Assembly (NCBI GenBank): GCA_964385685.1
Contig: CAYLQD010000003.1
Location: 30,361 to 94,360 of the forward strand
Source of the DNA: an uncultured Planctomycetota bacterium
Lineage (GTDB): Bacteria; Planctomycetota; PUPC01
Direction: 5' to 3'
DNA: 64,000 nucleotides
Part shown: in pieces, positions 21,905 through 30,624 of the stretch
How positions within the stretch are numbered: the stretch's first letter is position 1
How the letters are laid out: every line of letters starts with the position of its first letter
Translations under genes and position numbers: made by a program
The notes under the pieces: generated by a model
Told to the model about the DNA's origin: nothing
The model's database searches: none
What the model saw: only the letters and a program-made list of their open reading frames with translations

Positions 21905-23076
21905 CAGGATCGTCCGAAATGCGCCTGCACCTCATCGTCCAACTCCGGCACGTCCATCGGCTGGCCGCCGTTGCGGACCGATTCGGTCGCCGCGCAGGCG
22001 GCGGCGACGCTGTACCACGCGGCGACGGGCGACGTCGAGATCGCCCCGCCCTCGCGAACGTAGCGGATGAACTCGGCGACGATCCGAGGGTCCGATCCGC
22101 CGTGGCTCCCCTGCTCGCGCGGCACGAAATACTGCATGTCGCCGTACGGATTGTAGTACTGCTTCCGGTTCCACAGCTTGACGACGCTCTCGCCGGACAG
22201 GTCGCCGCAGTTCTCGATCCGCCCCTCGGTCCCGATGATGGTGTAGTTGCGCCAGGCGTCGGGCGTGTAGTGGCATTGCTGATACGACGCGAACACACCG
22301 TTGTCGAGGTGCATCAGCATCATGTTGATGTCCTCGACGTCGATGATGGGATGGAGCTGCTTCATCGAGAGCGGCGGCCATTCCTCGAGGCCGCAGGTCG
22401 CGTGGCCGTATTCGCCGGAATGGCGGTCGGTGATCTGGTCGTAGAGCGTCAGGCCGCCCATCGCGTTGACGCGGTCGGTGTAGCCGCCGCAGAGCCAGTG
22501 GAGAATGTCGATGTCGTGGACGCCCTTCTGGAGCAGCAGGCCGTTCGACTTCGTGCGGTCGGCGTGCCAGTCCTTGAAGTACGCCCCGCCGCCGTAGCTC
22601 ACGAAGTGCCGGCACCACCCGGCCTTGACCTCGCCGATCGAGCCGGCGTCGATCAGCTCCTTCATCTTCTTCATCACGGCGAAGTGGCGCATGTTGTGGC
22701 CGAGGTACAGCTTGCTCCCCGTCTCGAACGCCGCCCGGAGGATGTGGTCGCACCCGGCGATGGTGATCGCCATCGGCTTCTCGAGGTAGACGGCCTTGCC
22801 GGCGCGGAGCGCGGCGACGGCGTGCTCCTCGTGGCAGAAGTCCGGCGAGGCGACAAAGACGACGTCCACATCCGCGTCGGCGAGGAGGTCGGCGTAGTCG
22901 CTGGTCATGAATACGTCCGGCCCGTAGGCCTCCTTGAACTTGGCGAGCGCCTCGTCGCGCACGTCCGCCCCGGCCACGACCCGCGACCCGTTGTCGGGGT
23001 CGTGCGCGAGCCATGCCAGCCCGCCACGCCCGCCAACGCCGATCACGCCAATTCTCAGTTCGTCGCTGGTGCTCAT
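21904..23076 (-). CDS. Gfo/Idh/MocA family oxidoreductase
   Basis: IGVIGVGGRG, ASPDFCHEEHAVAALRAGKAVYLEKPMA, GHNMR, GLLLQKGVHDID. Confidence 0.9.
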   Translation of the reverse strand: MSTSDELRIGVIGVGGRGGLAWLAHDPDNGSRVVAGADVRDEALAKFKEAYGPDVFMTSDYADLLADADVDVVFVASPDFCHEEHAVAALRAGKAVYLEKPMAITIAGCDHILRAAFETGSKLYLGHNMRHFAVMKKMKELIDAGSIGEVKAGWCRHFVSYGGGAYFKDWHADRTKSNGLLLQKGVHDIDILHWLCGGYTDRVNAMGGLTLYDQITDRHSGEYGHATCGLEEWPPLSMKQLHPIIDVEDINMMLMHLDNGVFASYQQCHYTPDAWRNYTIIGTEGRIENCGDLSGESVVKLWNRKQYYNPYGDMQYFVPREQGSHGGSDPRIVAEFIRYVREGGAISTSPVAAWYSVAAACAATESVRNGGQPMDVPELDDEVQAHFGRS

Positions 23077-23250
23077 CCTGGACAACCCTCACTGTGGCCT
23101 GTCTGTCCCATCATCGTCAATGCAGGCGCCGGCAGCGGAAGCGCGGCGCCCGCCCACAAGGTGCGGCCCTTTATAGCCGCCCCTCCCGCGGATGTCAATC
23201 GCGCGAGCCCTGGGGCCCTGGCGAGTCGATACTCTGAACCCGGGGAATCT

Positions 23251-23388
23251 CCGTCCGGCGCCGGACGGGGACCGGTCAGGGGACATGTACCGGGACCCCC
23301 TTCCGCCTTCGACCGGACGGGGGCCGGACGGGGACATGTACCGGAAGCCCCTTCCGCCTTCGGCGGAAGGGGATCGGTACGTGTCCCC
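23251..23388. repeat. REP-like cluster of ggggacatgtacc direct and inverted repeats
   Basis: ggggacatgtaccgg...ccccttccgccttcg at 23279 and 23330, inverted copy ggtacgtgtcccc at 23376, and small hairpins (ccgtccggcgccggacgg). Confidence 0.6.
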
Positions 23389-23451
23389 ACAGACCGGCAC
23401 TTTGCGCGGCAGATGCGTGGGCAGGTGAGAACGCCGGGCCGCGCGCGGGCC

Positions 23452-23630
23452 AAATGCTCGATGACCAAATCCCAATGACCAACCAAGCCCCAAATCGCAA
23501 TTCCCGAATCACCAGACGCATGCGACTTGAAGCTGTTGGGAGTTGACGTGTTGGAGTGTGGTGCTTGCCCGCCGGAGGCGGGTGAATTCGGGGTTTGGTG
23601 CTTGTGTCTTGGGCATTGACGCGGCCCCGT
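23452..23630. repeat. Low-complexity periodic repeats in inverted arrangement
   Basis: caaatgctcgatgaccaaatcccaatgaccaaccaagccccaaatc on the left and tttggtgcttgtgtcttgggcattg on the right. Confidence 0.45.
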
Positions 23631-23886
23631 CGCATTGCCGTCAGGGCCGTAGTGCCTCGCCGAGCCAATGGCCGGCGGGACGCGCGGTCGCGTCAACTGC
23701 GCCGCTACTTGATGGAGACGACCTCGCAGCTTGTCAGCTCGAAGCGGAACCACGCCATCGGCGAGTTGCTTTTCCCGCCGGCGAGAGGGCCGGTGTAACG
23801 ATCGGAAACGGGAAGACGGGAGAGGGAGATTTCTTCGAGACGACAACTCCCACCCGGGCGCTGTGCTGTCCCCGAATTGGGGACGA

Positions 23887-24747
23887 TCACAAACCTTCTG
23901 TCCAAGTATTGGCCTCGGGCCACGGAGCGAGAACTCCGTCCTGCTGTTGCTCGAGGAGGGTGTTGTCTTGCACGGTGATCTCATCCGTACAACTGACCGA
24001 CCGAGCAACCTTGCCGTCGCGCACGAAGAACAGACGATGGACTCCTCGAACATTTGAACCGGCGACGGGCATCTGAAGTGTGTAGTACACGTAATACACG
24101 TCGTATCTGTTGCCCGCCGAGGAACGCCACCGCCCCGAACACGTCAACTGAGCGGTCATGCGTTTCTTCTTCTCGCTCATCCCTTCCAAGAGCAACCTGT
24201 CCGTGTCGGCCCGCGTCACGCGCCATCCGTAGGGAGGGAGGGCACACAAACGTACCTCGTTGACCAGCAGGGAATCTGATGCGTCCGGCGGGGTGTTGAA
24301 ATGGGGCCTGAACACGGTGACCAGGCCGCCCGCGTCAGAGCGGGGAAGGATGGCCCACAAGTATCCCGGCGAGGAATAGAGAACTCCTCGCTCCGGGTGC
24401 CAAGCGACCGCCAGACTCGTACTGGGGTTTACGTGACACTCAACGACACACCACGCTCCGAGGTCCGGCTCGTTGAACGAAGTTGCCGTGACGGCGTTCG
24501 CGGGAGCGGTCGTGCTGCTCGGGGCCAATACCTCCTCGGAAAGCCGCCCGTTGCGGAAGAGCTGCAGACGCAACGAGCCATCTTTCGACATGCTCGCCCT
24601 GAAGTCTCGTGTCTCTTGCCCCGTGGATCTGGCGCGGCCGCATCCAGCAAGACAAGCTGCGAGCAGCGCGACCGGAATGAGGCACATTCTGAGCGTGGCA
24701 TTGACCCCCGTGGCGCGTGATGTACCGGAGTTCGCGGGCGTGCGCAA
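23887..24747 (-). CDS. Hypothetical lipoprotein
   Basis: Lipobox ALLAACLAGC; AT-richer codon usage; the start may instead be the ATG at 24687. Confidence 0.65.
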   Translation of the reverse strand: MRTPANSGTSRATGVNATLRMCLIPVALLAACLAGCGRARSTGQETRDFRASMSKDGSLRLQLFRNGRLSEEVLAPSSTTAPANAVTATSFNEPDLGAWCVVECHVNPSTSLAVAWHPERGVLYSSPGYLWAILPRSDAGGLVTVFRPHFNTPPDASDSLLVNEVRLCALPPYGWRVTRADTDRLLLEGMSEKKKRMTAQLTCSGRWRSSAGNRYDVYYVYYTLQMPVAGSNVRGVHRLFFVRDGKVARSVSCTDEITVQDNTLLEQQQDGVLAPWPEANTWTEGL

Positions 24748-24864
24748 GGGATCTTGTCCTGAACTGTGGCGAGCTTGATTGTGACTCAGCCACCCATATG
24801 CATTATATCTCTCGCTCCACGATCATTGGGCCTTTAGTCCGAGAACCGCCTAGCCCTTGGGCAT

Positions 24865-24922
24865 AGCCATCTCCCGCTCAGGAGGATTTGCCCAGAAAAA
24901 GTGGGGCGTTGTCTTCCCGCCC
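24865..24922 (-). repeat. Conserved ~58-bp cassette-leader element, copy E (degenerate)
   Basis: + strand agccatctcccgctcaggaggatttgcccagaaaaagtggggcgttgtcttcccgccc aligns with copies A-D. Confidence 0.6.
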
Positions 24923-25034
24923 GCAAGAAAGGGCCAACGGCAGTTCACCACGAAGACACCAAGGCGCGAAGAGAAGCGGAAACGGGAGAACGGGAGAAGG
25001 AGATTCCCGCACGGCACCGCTGCTCCCGCCACTG

Positions 25035-26174
25035 TTACTCATTCTCCCCTGTGGCGTCCTCGGTCGTGACTCCCCGACGCTTCGTCGTCTGGCGTTTCCG
25101 CGTGATCTGCTCGATCATCTTCAGCTCCGCTTCAGCCCTCGTCGTATCTCCGGTTGACAGATAAAGACGAACTAAGTCCGACCGAGCCGCCAGGTTTGTC
25201 GGTCGCAGTTCGATTTCGCGCTTCAGACACAAGGTGGCTCGCCCAGAATCGCCCTTGCGCACGTAGCAGTCCGCCAGGAATTGGTTGGCGGATTCCACGT
25301 CGGGCTTGATAGACAAGGCCTCCTCAAAGGCCTTGATGGCGTTGTCAAGGTCGCTCTGCTCCGTTCCTCGATAAATGCACTTCCACGCCCGGAACTCCAG
25401 TGCGAGCGGCCCGAGGGTCTCCGGTGCGAGCAGTTCATCAGTCTTCAATCGAACTCGCGTATCTGTCTCAAGGCTCCACTTCCTTGTCTCTCCACCGAAG
25501 GAATGCACGAAGGTGCCGCTCATAGCCAGGTGGCAACTCTCAAAGCGTCCCTTCTCCGGACTGAGCGCCGCGGACCCGCTAAGAGCCAAGTCTGCCGACG
25601 TAGGGTCTTCGGAGACCCTCTGCCCGCCTTGGATTGAGAGGATCGCCTGCGTTTCGCCGTCCTGGGACCGAATCTCAGTCAGGGTGGCCGTGGGCGTTTG
25701 GGTTCCTTCAACTCCAGGCGTCATTCTGATACCGAGATCCCACCTATCACCCTCGCCGACGGGGCCCCGTGGGAGAGGAAACAAGGCGACAAACAGGTCT
25801 CTTGTTTGCCATGGCGTGCCCTTGAGCCAGGTACCGTCTTCGGAACCTATGACAGTCACGCCCGCAGCCAAGGGTGGAAAAACCCCGAGCGCGATGGTTT
25901 CGTCCGTGTCCTGCGTCTTGGACTCCGCGAACGTGAACTTGCAGAGCGCCGTGCCGTCTTCGGTGCAAGTGAGCGTGATCAACGAGTCAATCTGGTATTC
26001 CCTTCGCCCATTTTCGTCAACGATGGTGGCCGTTTGATGCACATCGTAGACGAGACGACGCCCTTTATCGAATGACCATCGAAGGGAATGTTTGCTCTTC
26101 CCACACGCAGGGCCGCCGAGGGCTGCCAAGCAAGCCGCGCACCACAGCAGTAGCCAACGATGCAAGCGCGCCAT
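25035..26174 (-). CDS. Hypothetical lipoprotein with C-terminal TPR repeats
   Basis: GGAGG RBS; MARLHRWLLLWCAACLAALGGPAC; beta-rich middle; TPR-like AIKAFEEALSIKPD...LADCYVRKGD...LVRLYLSTGD. Confidence 0.7.
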   Translation of the reverse strand: MARLHRWLLLWCAACLAALGGPACGKSKHSLRWSFDKGRRLVYDVHQTATIVDENGRREYQIDSLITLTCTEDGTALCKFTFAESKTQDTDETIALGVFPPLAAGVTVIGSEDGTWLKGTPWQTRDLFVALFPLPRGPVGEGDRWDLGIRMTPGVEGTQTPTATLTEIRSQDGETQAILSIQGGQRVSEDPTSADLALSGSAALSPEKGRFESCHLAMSGTFVHSFGGETRKWSLETDTRVRLKTDELLAPETLGPLALEFRAWKCIYRGTEQSDLDNAIKAFEEALSIKPDVESANQFLADCYVRKGDSGRATLCLKREIELRPTNLAARSDLVRLYLSTGDTTRAEAELKMIEQITRKRQTTKRRGVTTEDATGENE

Positions 26175-26247
26175 AATCCGGTTCCTCCAAGTGTCTGTCA
26201 CTGAGCAGGCCTTCTCAACAGGCGCCTCGACGACCCCGCCCCTACAT

Positions 26248-26305
26248 AACTATATCCCGCTCGGGGGCATTTGCGTAGGAAAAGTGGGGCGGTGTCTTTC
26301 CCGCC
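26248..26305 (-). repeat. Conserved ~58-bp cassette-leader element, copy D
   Basis: + strand aactatatcccgctcgggggcatttgcgtaggaaaagtggggcggtgtctttcccgcc. Confidence 0.85.
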
Positions 26306-26314
26306 TGCGTAGCC

Positions 26315-27304
26315 CTATTCTTTCGCGCCGTGCTTGCGCAGCATGTCAGCGCACTCCCGTCGCCGCAGTGCCCCGATCGCGATGTTCAATGCTATGATGT
26401 CTGGGTCCTTTTGTGCAACGACCTGATCGACCGTCAGGTTGCCCAACCCTTCTGCTGCACACGTGCGCCGCAGCTCATCTTCGTATCGAGCCACTTCGTG
26501 AAGGGTCACGCCCAGCGGGGTCAACGACAATTGATCGGCGGCGTTGATGTTCGCTCCTTTGGCTAATAGCAGCACCGCCACATCCTCATGCCCTGTGCTT
26601 GCTGCCGCATGTAGCGGAGTCCTTCCCGCTTTGTCAACGGCATTGACTACTGCGCCATTGGACAGAAGCAGTTCTGCAGTATCCTTTTCCCCCTCGCTCG
26701 CCGCCACGTGTAGCGGAGTTCTCCCGACTGCGTCCATGGCATTGATTACTGCGCCGTTGGCCAAGAGCAACGCCACGACACCCTCTTTGGTGGTCCAAGA
26801 GCCCGCTGCCATATGTAGCGGAGCCTTTCCCGCCTTGTCCACAGCATTGACTGCTGCGCCGTTGGTCAAGAGCAATGTAACGATTCTTGTCTCTCGAGCA
26901 TAGTACAGCGGGGTTTCGCCCGCGTCATTCCTGGCATCGACAAGCGCCCCTTTCTCGATGAGGAATTCCGCCACAGCGACGTACCCCCACCGGACTGCGA
27001 TGTGCAAGGGTGTCCAACCATTTTCATTCCTCGCGTTGACGTCGGCTCCCTGCGCCAAAGATTTCTTCGCCCCATCGAGGTCATGCCCATCTACGGACAC
27101 GAGCAGCAGGCGCGAGGCGTTGCTCAGTGGGCGGCGGTGTTCCTGTGGAATCGGTGCGCCCCCCGGGAAGGACGACAAGAGGACGGCGAGCGCCACCAAA
27201 GCACAAGCAACGAGAACACAGAGGCAAACTCTCCTCCTGCGGGAGGTGCGTCCGGGGCTCTGTGGCCCCCCACTCCTTTGTACTTCGTTACCGGCTGGCA
27301 GCAT
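26315..27304 (-). CDS. Ankyrin-repeat protein with N-terminal TM helix
   Basis: Several GxTPLHxAA...LL..GA.VNA.D repeats; TM VCLCVLVACALVALAVLL. Confidence 0.9.
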   Translation of the reverse strand: MLPAGNEVQRSGGPQSPGRTSRRRRVCLCVLVACALVALAVLLSSFPGGAPIPQEHRRPLSNASRLLLVSVDGHDLDGAKKSLAQGADVNARNENGWTPLHIAVRWGYVAVAEFLIEKGALVDARNDAGETPLYYARETRIVTLLLTNGAAVNAVDKAGKAPLHMAAGSWTTKEGVVALLLANGAVINAMDAVGRTPLHVAASEGEKDTAELLLSNGAVVNAVDKAGRTPLHAAASTGHEDVAVLLLAKGANINAADQLSLTPLGVTLHEVARYEDELRRTCAAEGLGNLTVDQVVAQKDPDIIALNIAIGALRRRECADMLRKHGAKE

Positions 27305-27344
27305 GACTTTCCCCCTCTCCGCTTGCCGCCCAACCCGCCCACAC

Positions 27345-27403
27345 AACTATATCCCGCTCGCGGCCATTTGCGTAGAAAAAGCGGGGCGGTGTTTTGCCCG
27401 GCC
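27345..27403 (-). repeat. Conserved ~58-bp cassette-leader element, copy C
   Basis: + strand aactatatcccgctcgcggccatttgcgtagaaaaagcggggcggtgttttgcccggcc. Confidence 0.85.
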
Positions 27404-27474
27404 GCCCTGGCGGCTCATTCCGACTTCGCTGCCGCCTCGCCGCCCGTCCCTGACTTCCCCACTCAACATCGAAC

Positions 27475-28038
27475 TCACGGGTCGATCTTCTTGTCAACAA
27501 CGGCAGCCAACTTCTTGTCAAGAAAGGCCGCGAGCTTGTCTGCCTTCGCGAGGTACGGGATCATCGCCTTAACCTCCTCGCGGTTGAGCGAGACGGCGAA
27601 CTCGCGCCCGGCGACCACGGAGAGCATCTTGTCCTTTATGAGGACCCGGAAGCCGGTCTTTGGGTCGTGTCGGAATATCACGGCCTTCCTCCTCCCAAGG
27701 TCCACGGCCTCCTCGACCCGCTTCGGGCTGTTCTGCATTGCCTTGTGGTGCTTGTCAACGGAGGCCAGAGCCTTCGCAAGCTCTTGCGCCTCTTTGGGCC
27801 GGAAGGATGCAAAAGCGACGGAATCGGAAACGGAATCGGGAGTTGGACTGAGTCCGATTCTCGTGCTACGGTTGGATGACTTGTTGACAGCGAGCGTGAC
27901 CGTGCCGTGCGTGACCACCACCCATCTGAACATGTAGTGCTCGATGGCGAACTCCTTGCCGTTCTCCGCAGCCGCGGCAGCGGTGGCAGCCGAAAGAACC
28001 GCCGCACACACAAACGCTCTTGCCGCCTTGTTCATCAT
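27475..28038 (-). CDS. Hypothetical secreted protein
   Basis: GGAGGG RBS; signal peptide MMNKAARAFVCAAVLSAATAAAAA; no family recognised. Confidence 0.65.
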   Translation of the reverse strand: MMNKAARAFVCAAVLSAATAAAAAENGKEFAIEHYMFRWVVVTHGTVTLAVNKSSNRSTRIGLSPTPDSVSDSVAFASFRPKEAQELAKALASVDKHHKAMQNSPKRVEEAVDLGRRKAVIFRHDPKTGFRVLIKDKMLSVVAGREFAVSLNREEVKAMIPYLAKADKLAAFLDKKLAAVVDKKIDP

Positions 28039-28131
28039 GAGTCTTCCCTCCTGTGTTCGCGGCCCCCGTCGCCCAAGTCTCCTCGGTGCCCCGGCCCGCG
28101 CCTGTTTCTCCCGTGCGACTATCGCCCACCT

Positions 28132-28190
28132 AACTATAACCCGCTCCCGGCCATTTGCGTAGGAAAAGTGGGGCGGCGGTTTCTCCGGCC
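28132..28190 (-). repeat. Conserved ~58-bp cassette-leader element, copy B
   Basis: + strand aactataacccgctcccggccatttgcgtaggaaaagtggggcggcggtttctccggcc; first 45 bp identical to copy A. Confidence 0.85.
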
Positions 28191-28196
28191 CGCGTC

Positions 28197-28376
28197 CTAC
28201 CGCCACGGGATGAGTGTGTCAGGCAGCGCCTTCTGAAGGTCGGCAACGCCCTCGTCCGTAATCTGCTCACAGCGCCAGAGCCCGAGCGTCCGCAGCCCTG
28301 TCAAGCCCTTCAGGTGCGCCAGACCGGCGTCGGTAATCCGTGTGCCGGTAAGCTCCAGCGTGCGGAGACGGGGCAG
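28197..28376 (-). pseudogene. C-terminal fragment of a leucine-rich-repeat protein
   Basis: Not in the ORF track. Reads LPRLRTLELTGTRITDAGLAHLKGLTGLRTLGLWRCEQITDEGVADLQKALPDTLIPWR*; no start codon of its own. Confidence 0.7.
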
Positions 28377-28940
28377 TCAGTTCAGCCTCGCCGACCTCGC
28401 AATGCTTAGGAATTCTCGGCCGAGCGCCTCCAGGTCGGGAGCAGACTCCAAGCCAAGCACTTCCCAGTATATGTTGAATGCCTTTTCTTCATCGCACAGC
28501 ACGCGTGAAAACACGACCCGGCCTGCACTCGGGTGCGTAGCGATGTAGCCTGCTACAACCAAATTCCCTTCCACGCATAACGGCAGGGAGGTCACCTTGG
28601 CCTCACCCTTGGTGATCTCTTCCTGCGTCTTGACCTGAGCCGCGAGAATCGTGGCCACGGCCTCCTTGCGTTCTTCAAGGGAACATTCCTTCTTCAGAAG
28701 AAAACCAGAAACTATTATCTGCCGGTCCTTTGTTTGTGTCATGCCGCAATAGACAGTGTTCTTTGCTGGGAGTTCCTGTGGGACCCAATGTCCCGGCACT
28801 GTCAACTCAAACTGGCCGGTGTTGATTCGCAATGCTTGTTTCGTGTGCACAAACGGAGAAGTGGAATCGTCTGCACCGCAGCCGCCCGCGACAAGGGCGA
28901 GCAGCACGACCGCCACGACGATAGTCTTGGACGTCTTCAC
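28377..28940 (-). CDS. Hypothetical lipoprotein
   Basis: MKTSKTIVVAVVLLALVAGGC lipobox; GTG start with GGGAG RBS. Confidence 0.7.
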   Translation of the reverse strand: MKTSKTIVVAVVLLALVAGGCGADDSTSPFVHTKQALRINTGQFELTVPGHWVPQELPAKNTVYCGMTQTKDRQIIVSGFLLKKECSLEERKEAVATILAAQVKTQEEITKGEAKVTSLPLCVEGNLVVAGYIATHPSAGRVVFSRVLCDEEKAFNIYWEVLGLESAPDLEALGREFLSIARSARLN

Positions 28941-28979
28941 CGGTTCACTCCCGCGACGGTCCCGCAGGCAGCACCTTGC

Positions 28980-29579
28980 TCAGTATATGAGGAGCTTGCC
29001 AGCATGTTCATCCTCGCCCAGGTCAACGGGTATGTATCCTTGAAGTCCCACCTGTGTCGCTCTCTCCAGCAAAGGGTATTCCGCCAGCTTCCCGTAGAGC
29101 AGGAGCCACGCCGTTGAGACGAACACATCCGGGAGCAACTCGTACACACCCAGTGCCTTCTGATAGCGGGCGGGCCAGGCCTTCTTCTTCTCCGCGACGA
29201 AATCCCAGATCAGGTCCCACAGTGCCCAGAGCAACCGCATTTGCTCGTTATATTCCCGATGGTCCCAAAACAGCTTGCGTAGAAGGCCGACGTCCTTCAT
29301 GGCCAGCTCCTGGCATGCACCAAGGGCCTTGTGAATCCTCTTGTCGAGCGCCAGGCCCGGGGTGCTGTCAATCTGATATGCGACAAGCCGGTCCTCGGCA
29401 TCTTGCCAAGTGATCGGCAGGAGATCAGGATCGTCTGGATAAGGTCCGCCGCATTTGTCGAGAAGGGGCGCCTCCTCCAGTTCGTGCCACGCCACCGTCA
29501 CCTCGCGGCACCTTTCTTCACCAAAGACAGCACATGCTCGGTGAAGCCAGTCAGACAAGTCCACCGCAGGATTCCCCAA
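28980..29579 (-). CDS. Hypothetical (probably cytoplasmic) protein
   Basis: Open frame with protein-like composition (…LWALWDLIWDFVAE…GYIPVDLGED…); start uncertain (TTG 29579 or the next in-frame GTG). Confidence 0.55.
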   Translation of the reverse strand: MGNPAVDLSDWLHRACAVFGEERCREVTVAWHELEEAPLLDKCGGPYPDDPDLLPITWQDAEDRLVAYQIDSTPGLALDKRIHKALGACQELAMKDVGLLRKLFWDHREYNEQMRLLWALWDLIWDFVAEKKKAWPARYQKALGVYELLPDVFVSTAWLLLYGKLAEYPLLERATQVGLQGYIPVDLGEDEHAGKLLIY

Positions 29580-29646
29580 TTCGCCAAGGGTTTCCGAGGG
29601 CTCCAGGGACCCAGTACTTAACTCCGGACAACCGCCCCACCCACCC

Positions 29647-29704
29647 AACTATAACCCGCTCCCGGCCATTTGCGTAGGAAAAGTGGGGCGGTGTTTTTCC
29701 CGCC
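29647..29704 (-). repeat. Conserved ~58-bp cassette-leader element, copy A
   Basis: + strand aactataacccgctcccggccatttgcgtaggaaaagtggggcggtgtttttcccgcc, 80 bp downstream of the tRNA-Lys 3' end. Confidence 0.85.
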
Positions 29705-29783
29705 GGGAGCATGGCATGAACGCAACGGCACGCGGCGGGCTGACGGCTCCATGAACGGCTTGGCTTGCCCGCCGGGGGTTCGA

Positions 29784-29859
29784 TGGTGAGGGCAGAAGGA
29801 CTCGAACCTTCGACCTACGGCTTAAAAGGCCGTTGCTCTGCCAACTGAGCTATGCCCCC
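29784..29859 (-). tRNA. tRNA-Lys (UUU)
   Basis: GGGGGCATAGCTCAGTTGGCAGAGCAACGGCCTTTTAAGCCGTAGGTCGAAGGTTCGAGTCCTTCTGCCCTCACCA: 76 nt, anticodon TTT, encoded CCA. Confidence 0.97.
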
Positions 29860-29867
29860 GAACGAGT

Positions 29868-30043
29868 GAGTTCCGAGTTCCGAGTTCCGGGTTCCGAGTT
29901 CAGGGTTCCGGGTTCCGAGTTCAGGGTTCCGGGTTCCCGGTTCCGAGTTCAGGGTTCTGTGTTCCGCGTTGGGCAACCTGGGCGGGTTCCGGATGCGGGC
30001 CGCGTTGTTGACCCGGAACTCGCAACTCGGAACCCGGAACCCG
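29868..30043. repeat. Heptamer-period tandem repeats with an inverted block
   Basis: About 14 units of gagttcc/gggttcc/gagttca (29868 to about 29965) facing ggaactcgcaactcggaacccggaacccg (30015-30043). Confidence 0.85.
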
Positions 30044-30045
30044 TT

Positions 30046-30606
30046 TCACACCTGCATCAGTTCGTCGGACTTGGCTTCGTGAAGCTCGTCCACCTTCTTA
30101 GTATACTCGTCGGTGAGTTCCTGTGCATCCTTTTTGAAGCGCTCGAGGTCGTCTTCGGTCATCTCGCCGCTCTTCTTCTCGGCCTCGGCGGCCCGGATCG
30201 CGTCGCGCCGCTCGTTGCGGATGGCGATCTTCGCCTCCTCCGACATCTGCTTCGTCTGCCCGACGATCTGCCTGCGCCGCTCTTCGCTCAGCGGCGGCAC
30301 GGCCAGCCGGACGAGCTTGCCGTCGCTCGAGGGCGTGATGCCGATGTCGGACTTCAGGATCGCCTTCTCGATCTCCTGGACCGACGCGGGGTCGAACGGG
30401 CGGATGACGAGCAGCCGCGCCTCCGGCGCGCCGATCGCCGCGATCTGCTTGAGCGGCGTCTCCGTGCCGTAGTAGTCGACTTTGATGTTCTCGACGAGCC
30501 CGGGCGTCGCCCGCCCGCTGCGCACCTTCGTGTACTCGTCGTGCAGGAAGTGGAGCGACTTCTCCATCCGCTCCTCGGTTTCGAGCAAAATGTCGTCGTA
30601 TGGCAT
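30046..30606 (-). CDS. frr: Ribosome recycling factor
   Basis: VRSGRATPGLVENIKVDYYG, PPLSEERR, IAIRNERRDA. Confidence 0.97.
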   Translation of the reverse strand: MPYDDILLETEERMEKSLHFLHDEYTKVRSGRATPGLVENIKVDYYGTETPLKQIAAIGAPEARLLVIRPFDPASVQEIEKAILKSDIGITPSSDGKLVRLAVPPLSEERRRQIVGQTKQMSEEAKIAIRNERRDAIRAAEAEKKSGEMTEDDLERFKKDAQELTDEYTKKVDELHEAKSDELMQV

Positions 30607-30624
30607 TGTGTCCTCCCGGCAAAA

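Noticed and set aside
23705-23923. 72-aa minus-strand ORF after the last island lipoprotein
   Set aside because: It overlaps the upstream gene and has no RBS or recognisable motif; it may be a gene remnant but is unsupported.
28377-28379. Selenocysteine recoding of the TGA between the lipoprotein and the LRR fragment
   Set aside because: No evident SECIS hairpin and no redox-motif context; a recombination scar is simpler.
24865-29704. CRISPR array or canonical integron interpretation of the 58-bp repeats
   Set aside because: The spacers are whole genes of 0.8-1.5 kb and there are no cas genes. I found no intI and no RYYYAAC R'' box after the stop codons, so it is not a canonical attC array, although a non-canonical cassette system remains open.
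23563-29775. 13-bp direct repeat gcttgcccgccgg (23563 and 29763) as attL/attR of the island
   Set aside because: It is not a duplication of the tRNA 3' end, and near-identical gcttgcccgc motifs occur inside the MITEs (32143, and inverted near 56885), so it is probably a common REP sub-motif.
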